From the NCBI GenBank assembly GCA_964016885.1, contig OZ024746.1, positions 89,404,001 to 89,468,000 of the forward strand: a stretch of 64,000 nt of DNA. The letters are read 5' to 3'. Position numbers and translations under genes: made by a program. This DNA comes from Eledone cirrhosa. Taxonomy: Eukaryota. Positions 1 through 13,413 of this stretch are shown piece after piece. How positions within the stretch are numbered: the first letter of the stretch is position 1; each line of letters opens with the position of its first letter. The notes under the pieces are model-generated. The model did no database searches. It saw only the letters and a program-made list of their open reading frames with translations, and had not been told where the DNA came from.

Positions 1-255
1 TATAGTCTAATTAACATTTCATATACATAATATCAAGGCGTGGCCTTAGATTTCAGGGTCCGGTTGTGGCTACCATTCTATAGTGGAGGAGCCGTTTCAA
101 TTCTGGCCATAACTAGAACTCGAAACCTAAGTTTGCGAATACATGTTAAATATAAGAAATGTAAATTACACTAAATAAGCTCGCTTGCAATAGATTAAAC
201 TGTTTTCTCCTTAGCCATTTACCTACGGATATCATGCATGCACACTCAGCACCCT

Positions 256-312
<57 letters not shown>

Positions 313-2679
313 TTTCCGGGTGTTTGAGAGTGTTCCTGTAGATCTGTTTATATAGAAAACAGACATACATAACAGATTTTGCTTCATGCAAATTATATTG
401 AATCACAACTGTTTCAAGTTAATTTTTTAAATAAATATTTTCCATGTTAATTTATTAGTTACTTATGTTTATTTTGCCGTATTAACTTTCCTAAATCCAG
501 TCATATTTTAAGAAACCCATCATTTATTTGAATCAAATAATGATGGTTCAATGCTGCTCTGTTTCTTTTTATTCAGCATGAGCTTTAGAGTTAATATCAT
601 TACTGATAATTTTTGAATACTGATTTTAAAATTGTGTAATTGTAAATTTCTCTTTACTTTTGTTTGTGGTTCATGTGGGTTGTATCTTCTTTTGTATTTA
701 TTGTATTATGTTAAAAATGTTGCCTCTAATTTAGTCTTTTACATTCTAATTCTTTTTGATGGTAAATATTCCAGATACGATTTGTCGATCCAATTATATT
801 TAGTGTTCTGTAATGCAATCACCAAGAAAGTGTCGCCCGACGTAATAATGCGAATCATAACGTTTGTAACTTGGAAGTTTAAGTTGAAATTTCTGGTGAA
901 AACTGGTGATACTTTCCTTCCAAAATTGGATATGGTTTACAAAATGTTAATTTTACAGAAAAAGGGTTTAATAGATGAATTACTTACGTATGTAGGACAA
1001 ACGAAACTTCACTAAAATGGGCCAAAATACAGACAAAAAAATGAAATGACTTTCTTTGTTTCTATTAAAATAATTAATTTTCCATTTGCCATAAGCTGAT
1101 ACAGTTTGTTGTTGCTAAAATCTACAGTTGCATGTAATAATTACATGAGATTCTCGTACAACACAGTGATAGCTTTAAACACATGTGCAGAATTTAAATC
1201 TATTTAGTAATAGGGTGACCTATACTATTCAATGCAAAGTGAAATTTATATAATTTTTTTTACGGTGTATATATGACATCTTGCCCATTTAAAATGTTGC
1301 GTAGAAATACTAAGACAATCATTTTTCTAAGGTACTGGATGATAATAGCGCAAAAATAAAACTATCTGGGTAAGACTGAAGTATGAAAGACGTTAAAAAT
1401 AGGGCACACGAAAGAACAATTATCAATGTTAAACTCCCAATTCCCTTTATGCACCATAAGAAGATATCTAGGCTAGAAATAGAGCTCCCACATATATTAC
1501 TACTTATATTTCTAATCAATATTATTGAGACTGCGTAGGCCGTAACGACTGCATCTGAATTACAACTCTCTTAATAAGTACTAAGTGATCGTAATTTACT
1601 CCGTCTACTGCGGAATCGCAAACGATGGAAATGGAGCCATATCTGTTTAATAAAACGTCTAAATCATCAGATATCTTAGGAATTTTATTATGCTAGATCC
1701 TCGTCAGCCAAGTATGAAAGATAATTTTGGCAGTTTTTCAAATGATAAAGCATATTAAATCAACCCAGTAGTTAAATACTTGTAAAATAAATCGGTGTTG
1801 TTTGGTATACAAACACAATGTGCTGCTTTGATATAGGCGTTTTAGAAAAATTTTTTAATGGAATTTCCGACAAAGCCGTGTTTATTTTCTTTTGAATCAC
1901 AATTCTATATAAGTTACCAAAACTTGGGAAATGAAAAGATTTGCATTTAAAGCTGATTAACAATAACACAAAAGGTTTCACTTTAATATATGATATAAAA
2001 CCAAATACGCACTACATTGACCGTTGAATACAGTTTCTCAATTATAAAATCATAAAAACTTTATTTGATGCCACCTAAAACATTTATAGTCGAACCCATT
2101 TAATGTACTTCGATTCTATTGTAAATATATCATGCAAAAGCAACCTCAAAATGTATTGCCGTTTCCTATCATAGTTAGCGGGAAAAGATGCAAATTTTGT
2201 GCAACAGAATATTTAAAATGTATCGTAAAAAACAGAAATCTCATAAGAGCTTATTACATTTAAAATATGACTACGAATAATTTATGGGTACTAATACAAT
2301 AGCAAAGTTCAAATATTGAGGAAGTCACATGAATGCCAACCGTATGTTTTCCTTATATTCTCAGCTGCCCACATTACACCAAATATTTCTAAAGTTATCA
2401 ATGTATATTCAATGGTCGATGCTTTCAGCACCACATGCATTGTACCTTGCTGTTACATTGTCAAGACTTGTGTTACTATATGCTAAATGTCATTTTGCTG
2501 TTGATTTGTATAACAATAAAATAATAATACCATCTGAATATATTATACTTAAAAGAAATACAATCTATGTATGAAGCCTAGATGAAGGACTCATCTTTAG
2601 ATGTTGCGTACATTGTTTCATAGTGATACGTTTTGTTTTCATGTTAATAATACTTTCTTTTTTAGTCAAAATACTAACA

Positions 2680-2865
2680 ATATTAGGACGAGAGAAAGTG
2701 GATTAAATCGACCCAAGTGCGTTACTGGTACTTCATTTTACCGACTCCGTATGATGAAACAAAGCTAACCCCGACGGGATTTACATTTAGAATGTAGAGG
2801 GACGTAATTATATGCTGCCAAGCATGTTGTCCGACGCTCTACTGCTACTGCCAATACAACACCCA
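2680..2865 (-). mobile_element. Degenerate copy of the window's main tRNA-derived SINE
   Basis: Contains diverged family core (ttactggtacttcattttaccgactccgtatgatgaaa...gacgggattt) and head remnant (ccgacgctctactgctactgccaat). Confidence 0.7.
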
Positions 2866-3476
2866 TTCTTTTAATAATATTATATAAACCAATCTAAGAA
2901 GTTAAGAGCCAAACACTTGCATGTGGAGAGGGGAGGCTCTTCCGGGAATATCTGTTGACCAGCTCTCTCAAGAATTTCTTACTACAAAATTACGTTTAAT
3001 GTTTTAAGTTAGATCTAATATAGTTTACTGCTAAGTTTTGAATGTTATATAATTTTTAATAAAATAGAATGCAAAATAAGTTTTAAATCATTTGAAATGT
3101 GCCGTGTAGAATTTGCATGTGTTCCCTCTTGCTCTGTATAGAAACATGCTACACCTGATTGTGCATATTCATATTTTCTTTAAGTTCGTTGCAGGAATAG
3201 ACTCAACGGGTCTAATTACACATTGTGTGCATGGTGTTAATCAATCATAAAGCATATCTTATAATAGTGAGTGTTTTACTGTTCAATGCGGCTGCTTTTA
3301 TTTGGATATATTTGTACAACATATTTAACCTTTGTTGAGACCTATGTTTTCCTGTGTGGATTAGCTTATAGGAGAATAGGATCTATCTAAACTATAATAA
3401 AGTAAGGAGCGCGGGATGCGTATGATTTATAATTTTTTATCCCATTAGTAAAATAAGTTGGATTACTTTGAATAAA

Positions 3477-3866
3477 TAATTGTTTCTACTTTTGGCACAA
3501 GGCCACCAATTCAACAGTGCATTACTGGTACTTTATTTTATGGACCCCGTAAGGATGAAAGGCAAAGTTAACCTCGACGGTATTTGAACTCAGAATGACA
3601 ATGGCCGTAATACTATGCGTCAAAGCCTAGCGTCCGACCCTCTACCGATACTGCCAATCCATCACTTTTAATAAATAATTATTTCTACATTAGGCACAAG
3701 GCCAGCAATTAACCAGTGTATTACTGGTACTTTATTTTATCGACCCCGTAAGGACGAAAGGCAAAGTTAACCTCGGCGGGATTTGAACTCAGAATGGCAA
3801 GGGCCGTAACTCTATGCGTCAAAGCATGGCGTCCGACGCTCTACCGATTCTGCCAATCCACCGCCC
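3477..3866 (-). mobile_element. Head-to-tail dimer of tRNA-derived SINE (octopus-type, Meta-domain-like core)
   Basis: Two ~190-bp copies (3477-3665, 3675-3866). Minus strand shows A box TGGCAGAATCGG, B box GAGTTCAAATCCC, core GCCTTTC.TCCTTACGGGGTCGATAAAATAAAGTACCAG and tail GCTGGCCTTGTGCC..AGAAA(TAAT). Confidence 0.9.
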
Positions 3867-4542
3867 TTTTAATAAATAATGAATGGATATTACATTATTT
3901 ATCTACTAAATTTCGTGGCTGTTGATTAAATATATTTTGTTTATCTAAAGATTCACTTCTTTAAAATTTCTGAAATGTGAAAACTTCCGGTTGGCCATCA
4001 CTTAAATAAACATACTAATTTTCTCCTAATGGAGTTTATATATAATATCGTCTTTTTAAATGTATCATGGATTATGTTACTGATTAAATAAGACAGTGTA
4101 CCGCAGTCTTCGTTCAATTTCTATGTATTATATATTGTCAATTACGATTTTATTTGATGTATCATATCTACATGTTTATATACTTGTGTATAATATCAAT
4201 ATACAAACTACACATGCTACTAGAAAACCACCGGAAGGGTGGTTTTTCTGCTGGTTTTATTTAATGATAGATCATTGATATCGTGCCTACTGAATTACTA
4301 TTCAATACATTGTCTAACGGCATTTTAAGGTTTTAGTAATGGTATCTGTCAATATAATTTATACTTTTTACTTAAGATTGAAGAAGGAGAAACACTATGA
4401 AAAACTGTTTCCGTCATTCTCACACAGATTCTGATGTCACTGATGTTCTTCTTCTTTCATGTAAACATTATGATCTGAGAAATGCATCACATGGTTATTC
4501 GCTGATAAGTGTGAACAAATATATATATATATACATATATAT

Positions 4543-5134
4543 ATACAAATATATTATACAGAGAGAAGTGTGTTACACAGTGAGATGTGTGTAGAGAATT
4601 ATTACATGTGAGTTTAACCGTTTCTGTATGGAGAACAATATCTATAGATTAGCAATTAAATAGAAAAAAACTACGTCAGAATCAAATCTCTGAAGCAGAG
4701 CTTTAAATTTCCAACCTTATAACTATAAGCTTGCTGATACGAATCTATTTCGTTTCGCCACAGAAATGTGCAGTGCAACAGCCCACAGGTTCCTCAGTCA
4801 GCAAATGTGGATTCTGTTCACGACACATCTAACCTCATGGATAGAGAGAAAGCAAATAATACACGCTGCCCAGAGTAGTGCGAAATCACGTGTTATTTGC
4901 ATCAAATAACGGCTCTCATGGATTGGGTAAAATGCTAGAGAGAGCAGCCCTGCCATTCGAATTTATTAGCTCAACAATTCTACTTCAGAGATTTGATTCT
5001 GACGTAGTTTTATCTATTTAATTTCTAACCTATAGATATTGTTCTCCATACAGTAACGGTTAAACTCATATGTTATAATTCTTTACACACATCTCACTGT
5101 GTAACACACTTCTCTCTGTGTAATATATTTGTAT
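4543..5134. mobile_element. Fold-back element (inverted arms 4543-4699 and 4979-5134), probable PLE 3' end with inverted terminal copy
   Basis: ~155-bp arms are reverse complements; left arm abuts (TA)n; spacer holds a minus-strand HHR pointing toward the (TA)n. Confidence 0.75.
4731..4804 (-). ncRNA. Type I hammerhead ribozyme motif
   Basis: Minus strand: ttgctga CTGAGGA [stem II, imperfect] GAAA cgaa-ataga-ttcg TA tcagcaa; 7-bp stem I. Confidence 0.7.
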
Positions 5135-5275
5135 TTGAGCTCAGATGAAAATTCTCTATTCTTCTTTGAGCTAATATTATTATTACTGTGAACTGCGGAA
5201 TACTCTTAATTCCGATCCTTGTATATATTAGTGAAAAAGAACAAAGGAACTATTATGACATTATAACAAGTTTAT

Positions 5276-5322
5276 TGCCGACAGCCGTTTCGTCCGACCC
5301 CATGGTGGGACTTATCAAGGCA
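5276..5322 (-). ncRNA. Type I hammerhead ribozyme motif, U3-A8 core variant
   Basis: Minus strand: tgcc TTGATAA gtcc-c-acc-atgg-ggt-c-ggac GAAA cggctg TC ggca. Confidence 0.75.
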
Positions 5323-5948
5323 TATAACATGTGATTGCAAGATCATTGTTTACATCAACGTATCACTCAAGGCTAGCAGTTTGAAATTGCTGTATACATC
5401 AGCAACTCCGCTTGTATAGTTGGGGTCAATATTCTAAGGGGGGCTCTTTTATATTAGTTGTCGGGGTCAGGGATTGAAGTTTAAAAATTAGACAAAAATA
5501 TATAATTTACGCATCAACATTAAACTAAAAGACTTGGGGTCCCGTAGAAGCACCTTAGAAAATCCCTCAATGAGTGCATAAAGCTTACAGGCTCCAATAA
5601 ACCTATTAGACTAGAAGAAAATTAAGAGGCTAATAAAATAAGAAAATAAAAATATAAAGTTTCCCTAAAAAATATATAAAGTTCCTATGAAATTTCTTCT
5701 AGAGAGAAAAAGTTTTTTCCGAAAGAAAAAAACCTTCTCCCCCCGAGATCACGTTTACAAAATTCAGAAAACTAGGTTGAAAGAAACTAATCAATTAGAG
5801 GTTAATTCAGAGAGCCTTCCATAAATCTCTCAGAAAAGGCCCCTTTAATATTTCCAATAGGAACTTCTTCCGAGAGACCCTTCGAAGAATTAAAATGGTA
5901 AGTCAGACGTGATCATCGCGATTCACATACGACCTACCATACATCTTA

Positions 5949-6014
<66 letters not shown>

Positions 6015-6015
6015 C

Positions 6016-6191
6016 AGGACACCTACGGCTGAGCTCCAGCCGGTTCGACAACTAGATTCGGATCTACCTGTCGAAACGACCAGAGCTCAGCCGCCAGGGT
6101 CTTGAATCTTTCCATACTACTCACTCTACTACCCTAAGTATTGGGTGCTATGGTGCGGTATGGTCCACCTGTTATCTTACCACACCTTCTT

Positions 6192-6198
<7 letters not shown>
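6016..6198 (+). mobile_element. Short fold-back copy of the 6554-7793 family 3' end
   Basis: 6016-6105 is a hairpin built from the HHR 3' half (gtcGAAAcg..gagctcagccg). 6116-6198 is the reverse complement of 6554-6633 and runs into (TA)n. Confidence 0.65.
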
Positions 6199-6258
<60 letters not shown>

Positions 6259-6527
6259 GTAGGAAAATGTTCTCTATCTTAGTTGTTACCCTGTAACCTC
6301 TTGAGGATAAGCCTGTCCTTGCGATACTCAGCACTTCACGTCAGTAGTTTATCCCGGGTAGGTGATATGAGTGACTGAGTATTCATTTGACAGATAATGG
6401 TAGTTAAGACGGGATTAATTAACGAAGTCATATGAATAACCATGTAACAGAGATATATATCATGCAATAAACAATTATAGCGAATTAATCCCGTCTTAAC
6501 TACCGTTATTTAATATATATATCTATC

Positions 6528-6560
<33 letters not shown>

Positions 6561-6651
6561 AAGGAATTACGGTAAGGAACCAGATGGACCATAACGCACC
6601 ACAGTACTCAATACTTAGGGTATTAGAGTGGGAAATAGGAAAAAGTATGAC

Positions 6652-6747
6652 CCCCCGACGACAGAGCTCAAGCCATTTCGACGGCCATTTCTGGACTAAA
6701 TTAGAATTTTTAGCCTGGTGAATAAATAGTCGAACTTGTCAAGGAGG
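6652..6747 (-). ncRNA. Type I hammerhead ribozyme motif, U3-A8 variant
   Basis: Minus strand: cctcc TTGACAA [~55-nt stem II] GAAA tggc-ttgagctct-gtcg TC ggggg. Confidence 0.65.
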
Positions 6748-7680
6748 TACTTCCTTATATGGGAAGATTCTAGTTGTCAAGAGGATTGGTGTAAACACAA
6801 ATAAGTCTATCATGGCATTTGGTGGGAGGTAGGGGTGGCTGAACTTGTCTGTAGAACAATAGAGAAGTGAGTGGAGCGATCAAGCGTTGAAAGTGATACG
6901 TATACAGCAGATTCTAAGGATAGTGTATGAAGTGGAGGAGGGCGGTTATAGAATATGTACATCGAATGAGAGTAGGAGACAATAAAAGATAATAGAAAGA
7001 AATACAAAAATATATAAAATTAGATAGTGAGAAAGAATAAAAAATATCGCAATGCTATCTTACAGTTACAGGTTAATAAGTTGAGAATAGAAAAAACTTG
7101 TAGAAATTGAGTAGTACCAAAAGTGATACAAAATTAAAGGGGTTTAACACGTCTGCTATAAGTAGTTAGTAAAACGTATTCGGCCAATTCTATATTAAAA
7201 TTACAGGGGTGGGGGAACTGATGCTACAGAGGCCCGATGGGCTGCATCGGGGTAGGCGAAAGGGGAAAAGCGAACGAGGAAGAAAATAGAGAGAGGAAGG
7301 AAGTGATAGGATGAGACAGGGGAATAAGAAGACAAAGAGGAACACTTATTAACCTGTACTTGTAACATAGCATTGTGATTTTTAAAATTTTTTTCTCACT
7401 ATCTAATTTTATATATTTTTTTATTTATTTCTATTATCTTTTATTGTCTCCTACTCTCATTCGATTTACCTATTCTATAACCGCCCTCCTCCACTTCATA
7501 CACTATCCTTAGTATCTGCTGCATACTTTCAACGCTTGACCGCGCCACTCACTCACCTATTGTTTTACAGGCAAGTCGTGCCACCCCTACCTCCCACCAA
7601 ATGCCATGATAGACTTATTTGTGTTTACAACAAATTTTAACCAATCCTCTTGACAACTACAATCTTCCCATATAAGGAAG

Positions 7681-7779
7681 GACCCCTTTGACAAGTTCGG
7701 GTATTTATTCACCAGGCTAAAAATTCTAATTTAGTCCAGACATAGCCGTCGAAACGGCTTGAGCTCTGCCGTTGGGGTC
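7681..7779 (+). ncRNA. Type I hammerhead ribozyme motif, U3-A8 variant
   Basis: gacccc(t) TTGACAA gttcgggtat...atagccgtc GAAA cggc-ttgagctct-gccg TT ggggtc; (TA)n begins 12 bp later. Confidence 0.65.
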
Positions 7780-9612
7780 ATACGTTTTCCTATATATATA
7801 TATATATATATGAAAATATCATTATGATGATGACTCAAGTGCGTGACTTATTTACTTCTGTTTGCGCCACAAGAATAACACTTCAAATGTTTCAATTTCG
7901 GGTTTGAGCCATAAATATCATATATTCTTTTTTATATACATTCGTTTGTTTAATAGCCACCTGGAGATTCTTTCAGAAGTTTGCATGGAATTATGTTGTT
8001 TTATTCTACTTTCTTTTATACTTCAATATATCTGCTGCTATTTGTCATTATTCATAACAAACGTCTGTTATCGTAGTTTCTTTTCTGTATAAATTGGAAT
8101 CTCTATATTTCATTTACCTATTAGTATTCGTATTATTCTATTGATTAATATTTTTCTTATGCTAAAGAGGAGATTCTTCTAAATGTTTCTGAATGTTTAG
8201 AAGTTCCCTTCCCCATTGTATTTGCTGTAAATGTAATCGGATGTTAAATACCTTCATCTTTGCTTTTGTGTTCCAGTATGTACTTACTAATTCTCTTTGC
8301 ATCCAGTAACGTACGACTGCCCCGCCTAGAATCTTCATATATATAGCCCTATGATTTACGTATTAATTAAATGTGTCTATAATAATCCACCCTTAAATTT
8401 TCGTTAATTTCTTGTTGTAATCTTTCTAGTTATTAATCCTAAGTAAGTCTGTGATTGGTCTAATTCATATATGTCGATCTATGTATCTAACATGCGATTA
8501 ATAAATTGAATTACTTTGCTCCTCTTCATGGTTGCCGTCACGAATCTTTATAGATTCTGATATAGTTTTCAAGTATACAACAGATCTCAGACTGTATATC
8601 TATATATTTGTAGTTTTTATCTAAGACTGCACAAGCAGAAACACCATTTCCTTTCCTCCACATATTCTAATGTTACTTATATTCGTCTTCTTCCATGCAA
8701 TTCATCAAGTAAATTCGTATATTATATATAACAATGTTTATATTTCGTCTTTTTCCCACCCCAGTTGTAGAGATTGTATCGACCTATATATAACAAAAAT
8801 TGAGAAACTTTTTTTCTCATAGCAACTTAATCGACGTCTAGTGTGGTTAAACATTTTGGATAGAGTTTATTTTAATAATTTATGTTTTGTATGTATGTGC
8901 AGAATGATTTCCCTTTATTGACGTTATATTTTCGTCTTATTTTTCTATGATCAATGTATGACAAACGCATTTTCTGGTATTTAATCAGTGCTATAATCAG
9001 ACATTTGTTTCAGCTCTTAACTCGTAATCTCTCCATGATCGTTATAACCATCGTTATATTTGCAGCATTCTTTCAGTTATTCTTGAAATGATTCTCTCCC
9101 TCCCTCCCAGGTAGTTATTTATCATCTGTAACATCATTTTAGTTAGTGATTGAAGGCCTTCTATATAGAAAAGATGCGAAAATATGATAGGGAATCGGCA
9201 AATATCAACATGCTCTAGAGCAGTGGTTCTCAACGGTGGGCCTGGAAATTTTTTCAGACTTTCTTGGAACTTAAGATCACACAAAATGACAAACTTTTTT
9301 TAAGTCTGAATGTTCTGTGATAAAATCACACGACTTAAGTTGACCTGCTATATTTGGGGTGCAATAACGCAGACACCTGAATATGTCTGCGTTCTTGCAC
9401 ATTTATGCACACCTGTGCATACTCAAGGCATGTCTGTTCCTGAAATCTCGGACGCTATAAATGTGGGTGCAATAGAAATAAAATTGAGTTGAGGTTTTTA
9501 CATTTCGTTTTTTAATTTCGCCACTGAATTAATATCACCCGGTGAACCCCAACGAAAGTTACTCCCGTTGTTTATTTCCGTAAAGTGACTAAAACAAATG
9601 TAATATATTTAC

Positions 9613-9788
9613 GGTTAGGGTTATTTTATAGGGTTAGGGTTAGGGTTAATTCAACCCTAACCCTAACCCAACCCTAACCCTAAACCTAAACAATAACCCT
9701 AACCCAACCCTAACCCTAACCCAACCCTAACCCAACCCTAACCCTAATCCCATCCTAACCCTAACCCAACCATAACCCTGACCCTAAC
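9613..9788. repeat. Interstitial telomere-like array, (TTAGGG)n abutting (CCCTAA/CCCAA)n
   Basis: ggttagggtt...gggttagggttagggtt followed by about 135 bp of aaccct/aaccc units, inside the hAT element. Confidence 0.9.
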
Positions 9789-9789
9789 A

Positions 9790-10131
9790 GTGTCTGTTAT
9801 TAGCGACGAAACTCTGGATCTTGCAATCGACTTGCTGGAACTCAAACAGAATGCGCTATTGATGGGGAAAATGGAATTTGATGGCCTTCTCGGCTGGCTT
9901 AATGTGGAAAAAATATTTCCAAACCTTTATGATCGAGCCTTTCCTTTTATTCTCTCTTCTCCTACAACGTGACTTGTTGATTCTGGTTTTTCCACGCTAA
10001 ATGATATTTTTTTGAGAAAAAGAAACCTTCAAACCATCAACCGGGGAGATTTGCGGCTCAAGTTGAACCAATCCTTTGAAGTCCAAATCGACAGTCTTGT
10101 TGAAAGACATCAGGAGCAGTGCAGCCACTAG
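9790..10131 (+). pseudogene. hAT transposase C-terminal (dimerisation domain) remnant
   Basis: Reads ...FPNLYDRAFPFILSSPTT*LVDSGFSTLNDIFLRKRN...GDLRLKL...HQEQCSH*, matching the Buster/Charlie C-terminal pattern (PTTYLxESGFS...DLRL...Q.SH); one in-frame stop. Confidence 0.85.
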
Positions 10132-11099
10132 CACTAAGCATTTGAGCATTGTTAAAACGACACATACATTTTTTCTTATTTTTTATTGACTTTTTATCAA
10201 GAATTCGTGTTCTTCACTCGTGAAATTTAAATGCAGTCGGGATCATATGGGGGTAGGTTTTCCAGAATGCTCTTTGAGCACTGACCCTGGCAATTTCTAG
10301 GGAGTAAGTGGAACGGAGAACAAACAGATTGAGAAGCACTAGTATATGTATCATGTGAGGGTTATAGTCCGGAATAGTTTTTTAGCACTATTTTACGCTT
10401 GTAAAATAAGTGGGCCCGGACATTTTTCGGGAGCTAAAAGTGGGCCCGGGGGTCGAAAATGTTGAGAAACACTGCTCTAGAGGTTTACCGATAACTGTTG
10501 GAAAATCTGCTTCAAGCAGCCCATATGTCTAATATCGTTGATATATTCATCGGATAAGGAAGTGTACAAGGAAAATGAGAATATTCGCCATAGTTGCCTG
10601 AGTTTTTATATTAATTTTATGTCTAGACACAAACCGACTTGTAAAGTGAAATAAACGTATTTATACTATTTATCAATCAGCACTGAGGTCTCTGGTGTCC
10701 CGTCAATACAGATTCCATTTTTATACAACTAAAGCCTTCAATGCGATAATTACTTTATATTTTTAGCAAACACAAGAATATATTCTGTGATAGTTATCAT
10801 GTGATTGGTTATCATTTCCCTAAAGAGGGCTTGGAATTTGGATGTAGAAACATGAAACAAGAATTTATCACGCCCTCAATATTTAGTGATACATTACCAT
10901 ACACATTTAAACATGTAGACTATTATATAAACGAATAACAATTGTCTGACACTGTAAAAATGCATCCAGTGGGCTGAGAGCCGTGAATAAATATTAAGTT
11001 TTCAATACCTCCTTCTATCGACAGACGATCAACTTTCGTCAAACCGGACCGAGGAAACAATGTTTCCATTGGTCTTTCTAATTGGAAATACTATCTGTC

Positions 11100-11230
11100 G
11101 GTCACAACTCCAGACAGAAGGAACAACGTGAAATAAAGTGCCTTGCTCAAGGACATAACGCATCACCCGGTCCGGGAATCGAACTCACAATCTCATCATT
11201 GCGAATCCAATTCTCTAACAACTCAGCTAC
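11100..11230 (-). mobile_element. Second tRNA-derived SINE family, fragment
   Basis: Minus strand: gtagctgagttgttag...GAGTTCGATTCCCgg (B box) followed by tgtccttgagcaaggcactt, a common SINE body motif. Confidence 0.7.
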
Positions 11231-11649
11231 TACATAATTCTCTAACCACATAATGCTGTAACCACTCGAACGCACTACATAAATACAAAATCAATTATCT
11301 ACAGAGCCCGGTAAGATAAATTGTAGTGACACGCTCAAGACCGATGTCGTAAGAACCAAACATAGCGTAGTGAATGTTAAATTAAAATACACTCTTTCTG
11401 GCCCCACTGTAACTTGACTAAGCGCAATGTAGAAATTTAAATGCATACATACAAACACACACACGCACATATATATACACATATATCTATAGCTATGTAT
11501 AGATATATATATATAGATATGTATATATATATACATATGTATATATATAATATGAATATATACATATATATAAATATATACATATCTATACACACACACA
11601 CGCGCGCGCACACACGCACGTATGTGTGGGTGTATGTCGGGTTCAAACG

Positions 11650-11700
11650 GGTTTTCTGATGATTCCCTTCGAATGAAACAGTTCTAGTCCTGTAGAAGCC
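11650..11700 (+). ncRNA. Type I hammerhead ribozyme motif
   Basis: ggtttt CTGATGA ttc-ccttc-gaa-t GAAA cag-ttctagtc-ctg TA gaagcc, then (TA)n 13 bp downstream. Related 3' halves at 13485-13521 (-), 13918-13956 (+) and 37405-37462. Confidence 0.7.
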
Positions 11701-11705
11701 TTTTC

Positions 11706-11748
<43 letters not shown>

Positions 11749-11890
11749 TATCAAGAAAGAAGAGTGACATGGTTTGCTATACAATAAGGGCTTTATTCTC
11801 ATTGCTGTCAATTGTTTCTCTGAACTGGTAGGTCTAGAGATCGCTACCCGCCTGATTTTGCGTCAATCGATCACCAATACTTTGTAATAA

Positions 11891-11927
<37 letters not shown>

Positions 11928-11932
11928 CACAT

Positions 11933-12126
11933 ATAGAGTATAACGTGGGCTGAAAGAGCGTATATATATATGTCTATAAATAAAGTATAGTGTAGGCTGG
12001 AAGAGCGTATATATATGTATATAAATAAAGTATAGTGTGGGCTGGAAGAGCGTATATATATATATGTATATAAATAAAGTATAATGTGGGCTGGAAGAGC
12101 GTATATATATGTATGTATAGAAGCGT
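11933..12126. repeat. Minisatellite, ~46-48 bp unit, about 4 copies
   Basis: Unit approximately gtatatatatatgtatataaataaagtatagtgtgggctggaagagc. Confidence 0.85.
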
Positions 12127-12545
12127 ATCTGAAATTAAAGAAAAAGAAAGAAAAAAGAATTATAACGACGGACAGTATAAAATAGCGACGAAAATATTTC
12201 AAGAAATTATGGCCTAACACAAGAGAATGTACATTGGGGAATTAGATGTGAGATATGACATACAAGTGAAGAGCCTTCAACAAAAAGAAAGAAGTGTAAA
12301 TAAAAATAGAGAAGAAAACATGGCTGATTAGAAAACTGAAAATAGCTGTGTATGTTTGTAATGACTGAATGTCATCCATAAAAAGTAATATATAGAGAAA
12401 AAACAGAAGCCATAAAACGGCAGAAAATATAGTCATATAAAATGAGAGATAGTCTGAATCGGTTTTCAGAACAGAAATATATATATATATATATATATAT
12501 TGCTTTCTGTTCTGAAAACCGATTCAGAATATCTCTCATTGTCTA

Positions 12546-12585
<40 letters not shown>

Positions 12586-12809
12586 CACTTACTTGCATAA
12601 ACACACATACACAGAAATATATCTCTTTCTCTATGTATATACATATATATATATCAAGTAAGAATATTTTTGAAATAGCGAGCGTGTTTGAAATTATTAG
12701 AAATGTAAGCTATCGCCGTATTTTGACTAAAGAAATTAAAGAAATTATTTACCCTGATAGTGGGGTTAAGAACCCTCGGAGAAATGGAAAAAGATGAGTA
12801 TTGACGTAA

Positions 12810-12855
<46 letters not shown>

Positions 12856-12884
12856 TTACTTGCATACACACACATACATACAAA

Positions 12885-12993
<109 letters not shown>

Positions 12994-13339
12994 TTACTTG
13001 CTTGCATACACACAGATACATATACATCTTTCTCTCTCTATATATATGTATATATATAGTGAGAGATATATATATTTATGTGTGTGTGTATGTATGCAAG
13101 TAAGTATGTATGTGTATGTAAATATATATACGAAGGTTCACAGGTAGACACATGTTGGATGAACACAATGTTGTATTTAACAATACAACATCTGATTAAG
13201 GTTATTTGTAGAATAAAACCTCTGGGAAGAGGATGATTCAATACCTCAAGGTACTTATGCTTTCATTCCAGGTGATGTGGATTTTCGGACAGTTACAAGT
13301 GTTCATTCATAAAATACATATATATATTCACACACACGC

Positions 13340-13413
<74 letters not shown>

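Larger units (their letters stand above)
6554..7793. mobile_element. Fold-back PLE-type terminal element (arms 6635-7081 and 7344-7793)
   Basis: ~445-bp inverted arms with ~260-bp spacer, (TA)n on both outer sides, purine/pyrimidine strand skew and an HHR near each outer end. Confidence 0.85.
9221..10474 (+). mobile_element. Non-autonomous hAT DNA transposon (Buster/Charlie type)
   Basis: TIRs CAGTGGTTCTCAAC...GTTGAGAAACACTG; perfect 8-bp TSD CTCTAGAG at 9213-9220 and 10475-10482 (NTCTAGAN target typical of this group). Confidence 0.93.

Noticed and set aside
632-1015. 127-aa ORF
   Set aside because: AT-rich, non-ATG start, no recognisable motif or splice context.
3760-3866. tRNA-like A and B boxes
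   Set aside because: SINE head with no cloverleaf; it continues into the SINE core.
7950-8700. Possible very old LINE RT remnant on the minus strand
   Set aside because: Motifs too degraded to support a call by eye.
11933-12126. Regularly spaced repeat resembling a CRISPR array
   Set aside because: Spacers are near-identical AT repeats, the context is eukaryotic and there are no cas genes; it is a minisatellite.
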